DNA of 64,000 bases. Origin: Rhodospirillales bacterium (GTDB lineage Bacteria; Pseudomonadota; Alphaproteobacteria; BOG-932; Roseiterribacteraceae). Below the pieces are notes generated by a model, which did no database searches, had not been told where the DNA came from, and saw nothing but the letters and a program-made list of their open reading frames with translations. Positions 46,340 to 55,874 of the stretch are shown here, piece after piece (the stretch's first letter is position 1; every line of letters starts with the position of its first letter). The translations under genes and the position numbers were made by a program. The stretch covers positions 6,247 through 70,246 of the forward strand of contig PLTD01000217.1 in the NCBI GenBank assembly GCA_003165335.1, in the 5' to 3' direction.

Positions 46340-47685
46340 ATTCCAACGCGCGCATGAACCGCCGCACCATCCTGCGTGGGATGTTAGGGGGCGCGGCAGT
46401 CAGCATGGGAATGCCGCTGCTCGATTGTTTTCTCAACACTAACGGCACGGCGCTGGCGTCCGGTGCGCCGCTGCCGGTCAGGTTCGGAACCTGGTTTTGG
46501 GGCTGCGGCCTTAACCCCGGCCGTTGGATTCCGCAGAAGATTGGAACCGACTACGATATGCCGGCCGAGATTAAAGTCTTGGCTCCATACAAGGACCGGC
46601 TCAGCGTTTTCAGCGGATTCAAGGCAATCGTCGACGGGAAGCCGGCCGTTGTCCACTATACGGGGTCGATGAGCATCCTGACCGGATCAGCTCCTAAGGA
46701 CATGCAGTCGGTCGAGGCGCCGACGATGGATACGTTCATTTCCGACGCAATCGGATCGACCACCCGATTCCGGTCCCTGGAACTCGCAGCCACCGGCAAC
46801 CCACGCGACAGCAACAGCCGCCGCAGCTCCAGCGTCATCAATCCGGCAGAAGGCTCACCTCTCGCTTTTTATACGCGGTTGTTCGGCCCGGACTTCAAAG
46901 ACCCCAACGCCGCTGATTTCGTGCCCGACCCCGCTGTGATGGTTCGCCAAAGCGTACTGTCGGCGGTAACCGAACAGCGCCAAACAATTCTTGCTGGGCT
47001 CGGCTCGGCCGATAAGGCGCGCATGGATCAGTACTTCACCTCGGTACGGCAACTCGAACAACAGCTTGCCCTGCAATTGCAAAAGCCCGCCCCGCTGGAG
47101 GCATGCACCAAACCGGGTCAACCAAGCTGGAGCGAGACCAAGGAAAACACCCAGATCGACGTCGTTACCGCCAACCACAAGCTGATGGCCGGTCTATTGG
47201 CCCAGGCATTGGCCTGCGACCAGACAAGGGTCTTCAATATGGCCTTCGGCGACGCGACCTCATCGTTGCGCAAAGCGGGCAGCACGGTGACCCATCATCA
47301 GCTGACTCACGAGGAACCGATCGACGAAAAGCTCGGCTATCAACCGGAGGCCACCTTCTTCGTCGACCGGATTATGGAGGGTTTGCTGACGATGGTGACA
47401 GCGTTGGATTCGGTTAAGGAAGGCGATGGCACTCTCCTCGACCACACTTTGATGCTCGCTCACAGCGAATGCAGCTATGCCAAGATCCACTCGCTTGAGA
47501 CCCTTCCAATGTTTATAGCCGGCCGAGCCGGCGGGAAGATCAAGAGCGGCCTGCATATCGACGGCAATGGCGATTCCGTGACCCGCGTCGGCCTCACGAT
47601 ACAGCAAGCCCTTGGGCTGCCACTGAACAAATGGGGCACTGGGTCGATGGAAACGTCCAAAACCGTCGGCGAGATCATGGCGTGA
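46336..47685 (+). CDS. DUF1552 family protein, twin-arginine exported (cassette 2, gene 3)
   Basis: 449 aa from MNSNARMNRRTILRGMLGGAAVSMGMPLLDCFL, with VTHHQLTHEE. Its start overlaps the upstream stop as ATGA, the same junction as in cassette 1. Confidence 0.8.
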   Translation: MNSNARMNRRTILRGMLGGAAVSMGMPLLDCFLNTNGTALASGAPLPVRFGTWFWGCGLNPGRWIPQKIGTDYDMPAEIKVLAPYKDRLSVFSGFKAIVDGKPAVVHYTGSMSILTGSAPKDMQSVEAPTMDTFISDAIGSTTRFRSLELAATGNPRDSNSRRSSSVINPAEGSPLAFYTRLFGPDFKDPNAADFVPDPAVMVRQSVLSAVTEQRQTILAGLGSADKARMDQYFTSVRQLEQQLALQLQKPAPLEACTKPGQPSWSETKENTQIDVVTANHKLMAGLLAQALACDQTRVFNMAFGDATSSLRKAGSTVTHHQLTHEEPIDEKLGYQPEATFFVDRIMEGLLTMVTALDSVKEGDGTLLDHTLMLAHSECSYAKIHSLETLPMFIAGRAGGKIKSGLHIDGNGDSVTRVGLTIQQALGLPLNKWGTGSMETSKTVGEIMA

Positions 47686-47720
47686 CCTTGGTACATAAGG
47701 CGTATTTCAGGAAGACAGAG

Positions 47721-48533
47721 ATGCGAAGGATTTTGCTGACGAGCGCAATCGCCGTCGGGTTGTTCACTGCCGGCGGCGCGGGTGCCGATACATCTGTCGC
47801 GCCGGACAATTCAGCAACAGCCCCCGGCGTCATTACGACCCAACTCGTTCCCGGTGGCGCGGTCTTGGCCGACGTGATGGGCCACACGATCTATACGTAC
47901 GACCGGGACACCAAACCTGGAAAATCGTCCTGCATCGAAGCCTGCGCCCAGGATTGGAAGCCGCTTCCCGCCGCTTGGCTCGCCAATCCAGCGGGCGACT
48001 GGTCGGTCATCACCCGCGAAGACGGCAGCAGACAATGGGGATATAAGGGTAAGCCGCTTTATACGTTTTCGGGCGACCACAAGGCGGGCGATACGAACGG
48101 CGAGGGTGCTGACAATAGCTGGCGCGCGGTCGTCACCGCCCGAAAGTTCCTGCCTCCCAAGGTTGCGATCTGGCACAGCGATTTCGGTCCGGCCTTTGCG
48201 ACAACGGATGGCAAAACTCTTTATGTCCTCGCGGAATTGCACTTCAACCCATTAGGCACGAAACGACACACCGGCCCCAATATCGGCCTGACGGATTGCA
48301 CCGCTGAATGCACGAAGACTTGGGTTCCGTTCAAAGCCCCCGCTGACGCTGTGGCGGCGGAGGACTGGTCGATCGTCACGCGCGACGACGGGACCCGGCA
48401 ATGGGCCTATAAGGACTGGCCGGTCTACACAAATGTGCAGGATTCGAAGGCCGGGGACACGCTTGGCGAAGGTATAAGCACTCTTAAGACAGGAATTACC
48501 GGCCTGTCCTGGCAAGTGGCCACCCTGCTCTAG
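47721..48533 (+). CDS. COG4315 / Lipoprotein_15 secreted-repeat protein (cassette 2, gene 4)
   Basis: 270 aa from MRRILL, with a signal peptide. It has two repeat pairs: HTIYTYDRDTKPGKSSCIEACAQDWKPLPA...DGSRQWGYKGKPLYTFSGDHKAGD and ...TDCTAECTKTWVPFKAP...DGTRQWAYKDWPVYTNVQDSKAGD. Confidence 0.7.
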   Translation: MRRILLTSAIAVGLFTAGGAGADTSVAPDNSATAPGVITTQLVPGGAVLADVMGHTIYTYDRDTKPGKSSCIEACAQDWKPLPAAWLANPAGDWSVITREDGSRQWGYKGKPLYTFSGDHKAGDTNGEGADNSWRAVVTARKFLPPKVAIWHSDFGPAFATTDGKTLYVLAELHFNPLGTKRHTGPNIGLTDCTAECTKTWVPFKAPADAVAAEDWSIVTRDDGTRQWAYKDWPVYTNVQDSKAGDTLGEGISTLKTGITGLSWQVATLL

Positions 48534-48578
48534 TCCAGCGTTTTCGAGAAACCAGCATATCTGGCACTCTATAATTCG

Positions 48579-49112
48579 ATGGTCACCATGTCGAAAGCAT
48601 TTGCCGTGCGGTCTATGGGGCTGCCGAATGTCGAAGATTACCGAACCATCCGGTTATCTGCTTTAAAAACCGCACCGGAAGCGTTCGGCTCAGTTCATGC
48701 CATAGAAGCCTCCAAGCCTATCGAGGAGCATGCGGAACGGCTTACCTCATCGCTCGTGTTCGGCGCCTATGACGACGATCAAATCGTGGGTATGGTTGGC
48801 TTGAAAGCCGAAAAAGGGCCCAAGGACGCCCACAAAGGCTTTATGAGGGGGGCTACATCGAACCCGAATATAAGGAAATGCCGTATTGGATCAGCCTTAG
48901 TTTCCGCTCTCTTGAAAGCTGCACACGGCGTAGTCGAGCAAGTGACGCTGTCGGTGGTAGCGGAGAATGCAGCCGCCATCGCCTTGTATGAGGAATTCGG
49001 ATTCACAAGATACGGCATTGAACCAAGAGCGCTGAAAACACCGGCGGGTTATTCCGACGAGGTTCTGATGGTCTTGTTCCTTGGAGCGCAAACGCCTCGC
49101 TCGGGTTTCTAG
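48579..49112 (+). CDS. GNAT family N-acetyltransferase (possible compensated frameshift in motif A region)
   Basis: 177 aa with ...RKCRIGSALVSALL...VVAENAAAIALYEEFGFTRYG. Residues MRGATSNPNI (about 48843-48872) look out of character, and the alternative frame over the same bases reads YEGGYIEPEYKE. Confidence 0.6.
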   Translation: MVTMSKAFAVRSMGLPNVEDYRTIRLSALKTAPEAFGSVHAIEASKPIEEHAERLTSSLVFGAYDDDQIVGMVGLKAEKGPKDAHKGFMRGATSNPNIRKCRIGSALVSALLKAAHGVVEQVTLSVVAENAAAIALYEEFGFTRYGIEPRALKTPAGYSDEVLMVLFLGAQTPRSGF

Positions 49113-49211
49113 AGCCGCTTTCCACCCGCTGTGGGTATTGGACCCGGCCACAGGTTATCCTCGTCTCTGGTAGGTTCGGCTTTTTGGAAACGATGAACTC
49201 GGAATTCGAGG

Positions 49212-50657
49212 TCAGCTGGTCGGAGCCCAGGGTTCTTCAGGTCCGGGATCCGGGCCATAGATTTGCGCGTCTGCCTCAGCAGCCAATTGCATTTCGGCAA
49301 TATATGTGTCGAGCGTGCCCGACCGCGCAGCCTCGCGCTCGAACATGCGCCATAGGATCGGCATTGCTTTGAAAGTTACCGCGGCACCGATTGCACCGAT
49401 GATCGGGTCGGTAAAATCGGGGCGAAGCCCAGCTGTCATCAATCGGCCGAGCTCCATCAGCAACGACAGGCCAAATGCGAGGCCTGCCGAAAAAGTGGCA
49501 CCCTTCGACCAGAAGCCGCGGCGTAGCCAGACCATGACGCCGATGGGTGCGAACAACAGGAACTCCACAACAAAACTCTGCGTCGCATGCGCCTTGCTGA
49601 CGATATAAAAGTTCCAGAAAGGCAAAAACTGCCGAATAGTCAGCCCATGCACCCCCTCGTCGATGGTCCACCACTCTCTGCTTAAAAGCCCGCTGACAAA
49701 CATCACCAGAACCACATAAACCGGGATCGCGAACGGCAGGAAACGCGAAAAATAATAATGCCGTTTGCGCAGGTCTTTACCCTTTAGGCGCTGAATAAAC
49801 TGCAAACCGATGGCCACGCCGATTATGCGATAAATCAGTGAAATCAAGAACGGGGACGCACTCAGCACAAACATCTGCAGGATGAAGACGAAAAAAATCA
49901 GACCAAAAGCACGCCGTAAAAGTGAATTGAATGACCGCTCCCGGTCCCAGACCGCCAGAAACATACCCAAGGGTGCAGTCGACAATATCTCCGCCAGCGT
50001 GACGAGAAACTGGTAAGCGGCAGGGTGCCCTTCACCCGGTGTCGCCACCAGTATTCCAGGCAATTCGATAAGGCGACCGGCCAAATCGCCTAGGCTCAAA
50101 GTAAAATCGAAGGGCGTCAGAAAATAGCCGATCAGCCAGACGGAATAAGCCCCCAGGACGATCGTCAATCCATCGCCAGCGGCGAATTGGCTTACAAGTG
50201 CAGGGTAAAGTCGGGTGTGCGAAAGCCAAAATACCGCAATCCCCAGTACTGCGCCGATCGTTTGCGCCGTGATGTAATTCAGCGTTACCGTGCGCGGGGG
50301 AAAGAACAACTGGGTATATTTGACGGCGAGAATAAATAGGACACAGACGATCAGGGTGGAGAAACTCCCGATCGCATCGCGGCTTTTGTTGCCGCCTGGA
50401 CTGAATGCGCTGTTCAGGAAATACGCCAATGGTATCGGCATCAGCATATTGGCGATCCAGTCGGCGCGCTGATCAGAGCCGTGATGGACAAATCGGACAG
50501 CCATGAATTTTTGCCAGGCCTGATCGGGGCTGATCGCGACATAGTGCAACCCTGCGGGTCCGAGCACCAAGCTGCTATAAATGATACCCAGCGCATAAAG
50601 CGCTGCCAGTAACAGGAAATGATCACGCCGCAGGCCGATCATAGGGCCACAACCCAA
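49212..50657 (-). CDS. polytopic membrane protein, possibly VanZ-like (two halves)
   Basis: 481-aa ORF that is hydrophobic throughout, with at least 10 segments. The VanZ-like assignment rests only on weak recollection of the pattern. The start could be at MIGLRR (50642). Confidence 0.35.
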   Translation of the reverse strand: MGCGPMIGLRRDHFLLLAALYALGIIYSSLVLGPAGLHYVAISPDQAWQKFMAVRFVHHGSDQRADWIANMLMPIPLAYFLNSAFSPGGNKSRDAIGSFSTLIVCVLFILAVKYTQLFFPPRTVTLNYITAQTIGAVLGIAVFWLSHTRLYPALVSQFAAGDGLTIVLGAYSVWLIGYFLTPFDFTLSLGDLAGRLIELPGILVATPGEGHPAAYQFLVTLAEILSTAPLGMFLAVWDRERSFNSLLRRAFGLIFFVFILQMFVLSASPFLISLIYRIIGVAIGLQFIQRLKGKDLRKRHYYFSRFLPFAIPVYVVLVMFVSGLLSREWWTIDEGVHGLTIRQFLPFWNFYIVSKAHATQSFVVEFLLFAPIGVMVWLRRGFWSKGATFSAGLAFGLSLLMELGRLMTAGLRPDFTDPIIGAIGAAVTFKAMPILWRMFEREAARSGTLDTYIAEMQLAAEADAQIYGPDPGPEEPWAPTS

Positions 50658-50818
50658 ATCACCGGATTGCGATTAACCGACATGAGCAATTCTCTCGCTT
50701 CTATCCATTTTCTACGGATAACGCAGAAGTGGGATAAAAACCAGCAGAACACCCGAGGCGCCGCTGCGGATATCGCGTCTTGCCTGCATGTTCAAACCGC
50801 GCTTAGTTGCCAAATCTC

Positions 50819-51514
50819 ATGAACATCAACCATTCGATTCCCCTCGGGAGCACGACCCTACTAGCCGACCTCAACGGGGCGTTGATGTGGACCGAGGAAG
50901 CAACATTGATTGTTGCCGATCTGCATCTTGAGAAAGGCTCGAGCTATGCCGGGCGCAATCGCCCCCAGTTCCTGCCACCCTACGATAGTCGCGCCACGAT
51001 CGAGCGGCTAGAGGCGCTTCTCGCACGCTACGAGCCGAAGCGCGTTATCTGCCTTGGAGATTCGGTACATGATTCCGATGGGGCCCAGCGAATGGCCGCA
51101 GAGGACACTAACCGGGTCACTGCCATGACCGGTAGCCGTGACTGGATCTGGATAGCAGGCAACCATGACCCCGTACCGCCATCATGTTGGGGCGGCGCCG
51201 TCTTGCATGAAGTTTCGATCGGCAACATCGTGCTCCGACATCAGGCGAGAACGATGATGCCGGAAGATGAGACTTATGAAATTTCAGGTCATTTCCACCC
51301 GACGGCATCTGTCACTACCAGATCCGCAAAAATCTCTGCGCGTTGTTTTGCGAGCGACAAACGGCGTCTGTTGATGCCCGCTTTCGGAGCCTACGCCGGC
51401 GGGCTTAACGTTCTCGACCCCGCCATCACGGCCTTGTTCGGTCTGGTTTTTAACGTTGTGATGCTTGGACGAAGGCGTCTCTTCGCATTTTCCAGCGCCA
51501 GTCTGAGGGCATGA
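50819..51514 (+). CDS. pdeM: ligase-associated DNA damage response endonuclease/phosphoesterase PdeM
   Basis: 231 aa from MNINHS. LIVADLHLEKGSSYAGRNRPQFLPPYDSRATIERL...RVICLGDSVHD...AGNHDP...GHFHP fits the PdeM calcineurin-like pattern. Confidence 0.75.
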   Translation: MNINHSIPLGSTTLLADLNGALMWTEEATLIVADLHLEKGSSYAGRNRPQFLPPYDSRATIERLEALLARYEPKRVICLGDSVHDSDGAQRMAAEDTNRVTAMTGSRDWIWIAGNHDPVPPSCWGGAVLHEVSIGNIVLRHQARTMMPEDETYEISGHFHPTASVTTRSAKISARCFASDKRRLLMPAFGAYAGGLNVLDPAITALFGLVFNVVMLGRRRLFAFSSASLRA

Positions 51515-51518
51515 CCTG

Positions 51519-53072
51519 GTGGCGCTGATCCGACGATCGGGCAATATCGGCAGCGCCATTGCGGGACCGAGCGCTCCGCCGAATAAAACCCTGATCACCC
51601 TCATTTTGATGCTTTCGACCGTGATGCAGGCGGTCGACACGACAATCGTCAATGTCGCCCTACCGCACATGGAAGGAAGCCTGGGTGCCACGCAGGATCA
51701 AGTTTCCTGGGTATTGACCTCATATATCGTGGCGGCGGCAATAATGACCCCCGCCACCGCATGGCTCGCTGGACGATTTGGTCGGACCTATTTGCTGGTT
51801 GTATCCCTGGTGGGCTTTACGGTTGTGTCCCTATTCTGCGGCGTCGCAGGTTCGATCAGCCAAATGGTATTTTTCCGAATATTGCAGGGCGTATTCGGAG
51901 CGTCGCTGATGCCTTTGTCCCAAGCAATATTGCTCGACACGCACTCCCGGGCGGAAATGGGCAGAGCCATGGCGATTTGGGGCGTGGGGGTTATGGTCGC
52001 CCCTATCCTGGGGCCCACATTGGGGGGCTATCTGACAGAGGAATACAGCTGGCGCTGGTGCTTCTACATCAATCTACCGATCGGGATACTGACCGTCCTT
52101 GGGACGATGACCTTCATTCCGGAATCCGTCAAAGTTCGGGATCGAAAGTTCGATTGGTTTGGCTTTTCATTTTTAAGCCTCGCTATTGCCTCGCTTCAAC
52201 TCGCACTGGATCGGGGTGAACAACTTGGTTGGTTCGCGTCGGCTGAGATCGAAATTGAAGTCGCGTTGGCCGTATTCGGCATTTATATGTTCGTGGTGCA
52301 CAGCCTAACGGCGCAACGCCCGTTTATTGACCTTGCCCTCTTTCGTGACCGCAATTTCGTTCTTTGCATCGTCCTGGCCATTGTAACGAACCTCGTATTT
52401 AACGGATCCTTCGTTCTGTCGCCGCAATTATTGCAAACAGAACTCAATTATCCGGTCGTGACGGCCGGCCTGGTAATGGGGCCTAGGGGCTTTGGAACCA
52501 TCGCAGCAATGCTGCTTTTCGGCCGCGTATCCAATCGGATCGATCCGCGCCTGCTCATTTTTGTCGGTCTGAGCACCGTCGGTTGGACGATGTACGCAAT
52601 GTCGGGATGGTCGCTCGAAATTGGAGCCAAACAGTTCATCGAATTGGGGCTGATCCAGGGATTCGGCATGGGCCTATCCTTCGTACCGATGACCACCTTG
52701 GCGTTCTCCACCCTTCCCGTCGGTCTGCGGACCGAAGCCTCAGGATTCTATGCGCTCGTCCGCAATGTCGGAGGCGCAATCGGCATTTCGATCGTGATAT
52801 CCCGCCTCTCGGAGCTCACCCAATCCAACCATGCCCATCTAGGGGAGTTCATGACGCAGTTCCGCCATCTGTCCGCTGCGCATGGAATGTCGGGCCGCGC
52901 TTCGATCGAGATGCTTAATCTCAGCATTACGCGACAGGCCGGCATGATCGCATATGTAAATGTCTTTCGCCTTCTGGCGATTCTGTGTGTTGTCGCTGCA
53001 CCGCTGTTGCTGTTGATCAGGGCACAACCGCCTGCGGGTCGCTCAGGGGCCGCCGGCGCGTCCGCTCACTGA
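51519..53072 (+). CDS. MFS transporter, DHA2 (EmrB/QacA, 14-TMS) family
   Basis: 517 aa with a GTG start. It has MQAVDTTIVNVALPHMEGSLGAT, LAGRFGR and FRILQGVFGA, with about 14 hydrophobic segments. Confidence 0.8.
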   Translation: MALIRRSGNIGSAIAGPSAPPNKTLITLILMLSTVMQAVDTTIVNVALPHMEGSLGATQDQVSWVLTSYIVAAAIMTPATAWLAGRFGRTYLLVVSLVGFTVVSLFCGVAGSISQMVFFRILQGVFGASLMPLSQAILLDTHSRAEMGRAMAIWGVGVMVAPILGPTLGGYLTEEYSWRWCFYINLPIGILTVLGTMTFIPESVKVRDRKFDWFGFSFLSLAIASLQLALDRGEQLGWFASAEIEIEVALAVFGIYMFVVHSLTAQRPFIDLALFRDRNFVLCIVLAIVTNLVFNGSFVLSPQLLQTELNYPVVTAGLVMGPRGFGTIAAMLLFGRVSNRIDPRLLIFVGLSTVGWTMYAMSGWSLEIGAKQFIELGLIQGFGMGLSFVPMTTLAFSTLPVGLRTEASGFYALVRNVGGAIGISIVISRLSELTQSNHAHLGEFMTQFRHLSAAHGMSGRASIEMLNLSITRQAGMIAYVNVFRLLAILCVVAAPLLLLIRAQPPAGRSGAAGASAH

Positions 53073-53129
53073 TTAATTCCACACCGGCGCCATTGACCCG
53101 CGACATTCGCGGCTTAGGTCGCATATCTC

Positions 53130-54556
53130 ATGGCAAATACACCGGACCCCACCCTTATCTGGTTCCGGCAAGATCTACGCGTCGAGGACAATCCGGCATT
53201 GATCGCCGCTTCGAGCTTCGAGGTTCCGATTCTGGCTATTTACGTACTGGATAACGAAACACCCGCTCCCTGGGCCATCGGCGGTGCCGCGCGGTGGTGG
53301 CTGCATCACAGCCTGAAGTCGCTGGCCGCGACGCTCAAAACCTACGGCATCGCGCTGATCCTGCGGCGGGGACGGGCAGAAACAATAATCCCGCAGGTTG
53401 CCCGCCAAATCTCCGCCGGAGCCGTCTATTGGAACCGCTGCTATGAGCCATTTGCGATTGCGCACGACACGGCAATAAAAGCCGGTCTTCGCGATTTCGG
53501 CATAGAAGCGCAAAGTTTCAGCGCTTCCCTGCTGTCGGAGCCTTGGACAATCAAGACACAGTCCGGGACACCCTTCCGCGTATTCACGCCATATTGGCGA
53601 GCATTGTCCAAAGACGTGCGAATTCCCCGCCCCCTAAAGGCGCCTTCTATCAATCAAAAGCCTCAACCGGCGGCGGGCGATCGATTGGAAGACTGGAATC
53701 TCCTCCCGACGCACCCGAACTGGGCAGAGAGATTTTCTGACAATTGGACGCCCGGCGAAGCGGGCGCGCAAAATCAGTTGAAACTGTACATTGAGGATGC
53801 CCTCGTCGACTATCCCGAGACCCGCAATCTGCCCGGTGTCAATGGCGTCTCACGACTGTCGCCCTATCTGCATTGGGGCGAAATCTCAATTCGCCAAGTC
53901 TGGAATGCAATCGCCCTGCATGCCGGTGCCGGGGCGGACGCCTATCTCAGGGAGTTGGCTTGGCGGGACTTTGCGCATCATCTGCTTTGGCAATTCCCGG
54001 AGCTGCCCCAAAAGCCATTCGCCGAGCGTTTCAGCGCTTTTCCCTGGCGAACCGACGCGAAGGCTCTGAGAGCTTGGCAGCAGGGGCGAACAGGCTATCC
54101 GATCGTCGATGCTGAGATGAAACAGCTTTGGGCTACTGGCTGGATGCACAACCGCGTGAGAATGGTCGTCGCGTCATTTCTGGTGAAGCATCTGTTGATT
54201 TCCTGGCGTGCTGGAGAGGATTGGTTCTGGGATTGTCTTGTCGATGCCGACCTCGCCAATAACGCAATGAACTGGCAATGGGTTGCCGGATCGGGGGCTG
54301 CGCGGCGCCTTATTACCGAATCTTCAATCCGGTGCTGCAAGGCGAAAAATTCGACGAAGACGGTCGCTATGTCAGACTATGGGTGCCTGAGATCGCAACT
54401 TTGCCTAATTCATGGATTCACAAACCTTGGATGGCTCCCCCCGATATTCTGTTTAGGGCAAATATTCGCCTGGGCGACAACTACCCCGAACCCATCGTCG
54501 ATCACGCGGCGGCCCGATCACGCGCTCAATCCGCCCTGGAAAATCTCCTACGCTGA
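53130..54556 (+). pseudogene. phrB: deoxyribodipyrimidine (CPD class I) photolyase carrying a 1-nt frameshift
   Basis: The N-terminal frame (TLIWFRQDLRVEDNPAL...NWQWVAGSG) runs into nonsense-like sequence after about 54298. The conserved C-terminus (AAPYYRIFNPVLQGEKFDEDGRYVRLWVPE...YPEPIVDH) continues in the +1 frame (ORF 54278-54556). Restoring one nt (GC to GAC, Asp) gives a 475-aa protein. Confidence 0.8.
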
Positions 54557-54663
54557 CACGGGCGGGACCAAACTGTCGCCGTTCCCGGCTTGGTATTCCC
54601 CGTGAACAGGAATTATACTGTCCCTAATTCGATCAAGAGCAAGTCGTTGCCGAACCGCAGATA

Positions 54664-55620
54664 GTGTCAGCCATTTCTTCCTCCGAACACCCAAGACACC
54701 CAACTGCGGAACCGTCGGGAGATAATCCCTCCCGAGGGATCGTCCTGATTCTCATTTCGAGCGTCTCGTTCGCGATGATGAACGCTGTCGTAAAATTAGT
54801 GTCCGGACATTTGGGACCTGTCGAAATCGGGTTTTTTCGTCAGATATTCTCAATGATCCCCGTCATTTCTCTGGTGATGCGCCAAGGCGGACCATCGATC
54901 CTGCGCACCCGGCGCCCCTTTGGACATTTGTTTCGCGGGCTGATCGGTAACTCCGCGATGATCATTTTTTTCCTATCCGTCGCCAAGTTGCCATTGGCCG
55001 ATGCCAATGCACTTTCATTCGCATCACCGTTGTTCGTAACCGCTCTGTCGATGCCTCTGTTGGGCGAGGCGGTCGGACGCCACCGCTGGACTGCGGTCGC
55101 AATCGGATTTGCCGGTGTTCTAGTGATGACAAACCCGAGCGGCAATTGGTTCTCCGGCGGGTCGGGGGTAGGTGCCGGCATGGGGGTGCTGGCTGCGTTC
55201 ATGAGCGCCCTGATGACAATCACGATCCGTCAACTGAGCAAAACAGAAGCCCCGGTCACCATCGTGTTTTATTTCGCAACCATCGGCAGCATCGTTTTCG
55301 GATCTTTGCTGGGATTATTCTGGGTGCGCCCGACAATTTGGGAGTGGGTCGGCTTAGGAGCAGTGGGCCTTATCGGCGGCCTTTCTCAACTGGTAATGAC
55401 CTACGCTTACCGCCACGCGCCGGCATCGACACTGGCGCCGTTCGGCTATGTTTCAATATTGTGGAGCACGTTGTTCGGTTTTTTAATCTGGGATCAGTTG
55501 CCCGGTCCGCGCGTTATGGTCGGATCGGCAATAGTCATATTGAGCGGCCTGTACATTATTTACAGAGAAATGCGAGTGCAGCCGAGGGTAGTAGCGCGAC
55601 CGTTATCCGAGGCGCTTTAA
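54664..55620 (+). CDS. DMT superfamily (EamA-type) transporter
   Basis: 318 aa with a GTG start. It has 10 hydrophobic segments arranged as two EamA-like halves. Confidence 0.7.
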   Translation: MSAISSSEHPRHPTAEPSGDNPSRGIVLILISSVSFAMMNAVVKLVSGHLGPVEIGFFRQIFSMIPVISLVMRQGGPSILRTRRPFGHLFRGLIGNSAMIIFFLSVAKLPLADANALSFASPLFVTALSMPLLGEAVGRHRWTAVAIGFAGVLVMTNPSGNWFSGGSGVGAGMGVLAAFMSALMTITIRQLSKTEAPVTIVFYFATIGSIVFGSLLGLFWVRPTIWEWVGLGAVGLIGGLSQLVMTYAYRHAPASTLAPFGYVSILWSTLFGFLIWDQLPGPRVMVGSAIVILSGLYIIYREMRVQPRVVARPLSEAL

Positions 55621-55874
55621 GTGACTTGGGGCAAAGAATACCGCGTCCAAGCGTCGCAATCTTCGTCAGCAACCAAAATGGCTCAATCTTTCTCGATATC
55701 GCTGAATTCAGTCAAAACTTACTGATCGTCGGGCGATCGTGTAGCGACTTAAAAAGCACAACTTTGCGGATATGAAACCGAGTATCAGGTCAGGGGGACT
55801 GGCATTGTCACGCGGCCTGTCGCATATGTTGCCCGATCCGCGAATCAATGTGGCGGGTGGCCCTGGAGCGTTCT

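Noticed and set aside
33064-50818. A shared 8-mer, ACCAGCAG, occurs near both edges of the block separating the helicase from pdeM. I considered it as possible target-site duplication or att sites.
   Set aside because: An 8-nt match in about 300 nt of spacer is expected by chance. No integrase, transposase, tRNA or longer direct or inverted repeat accompanies it.
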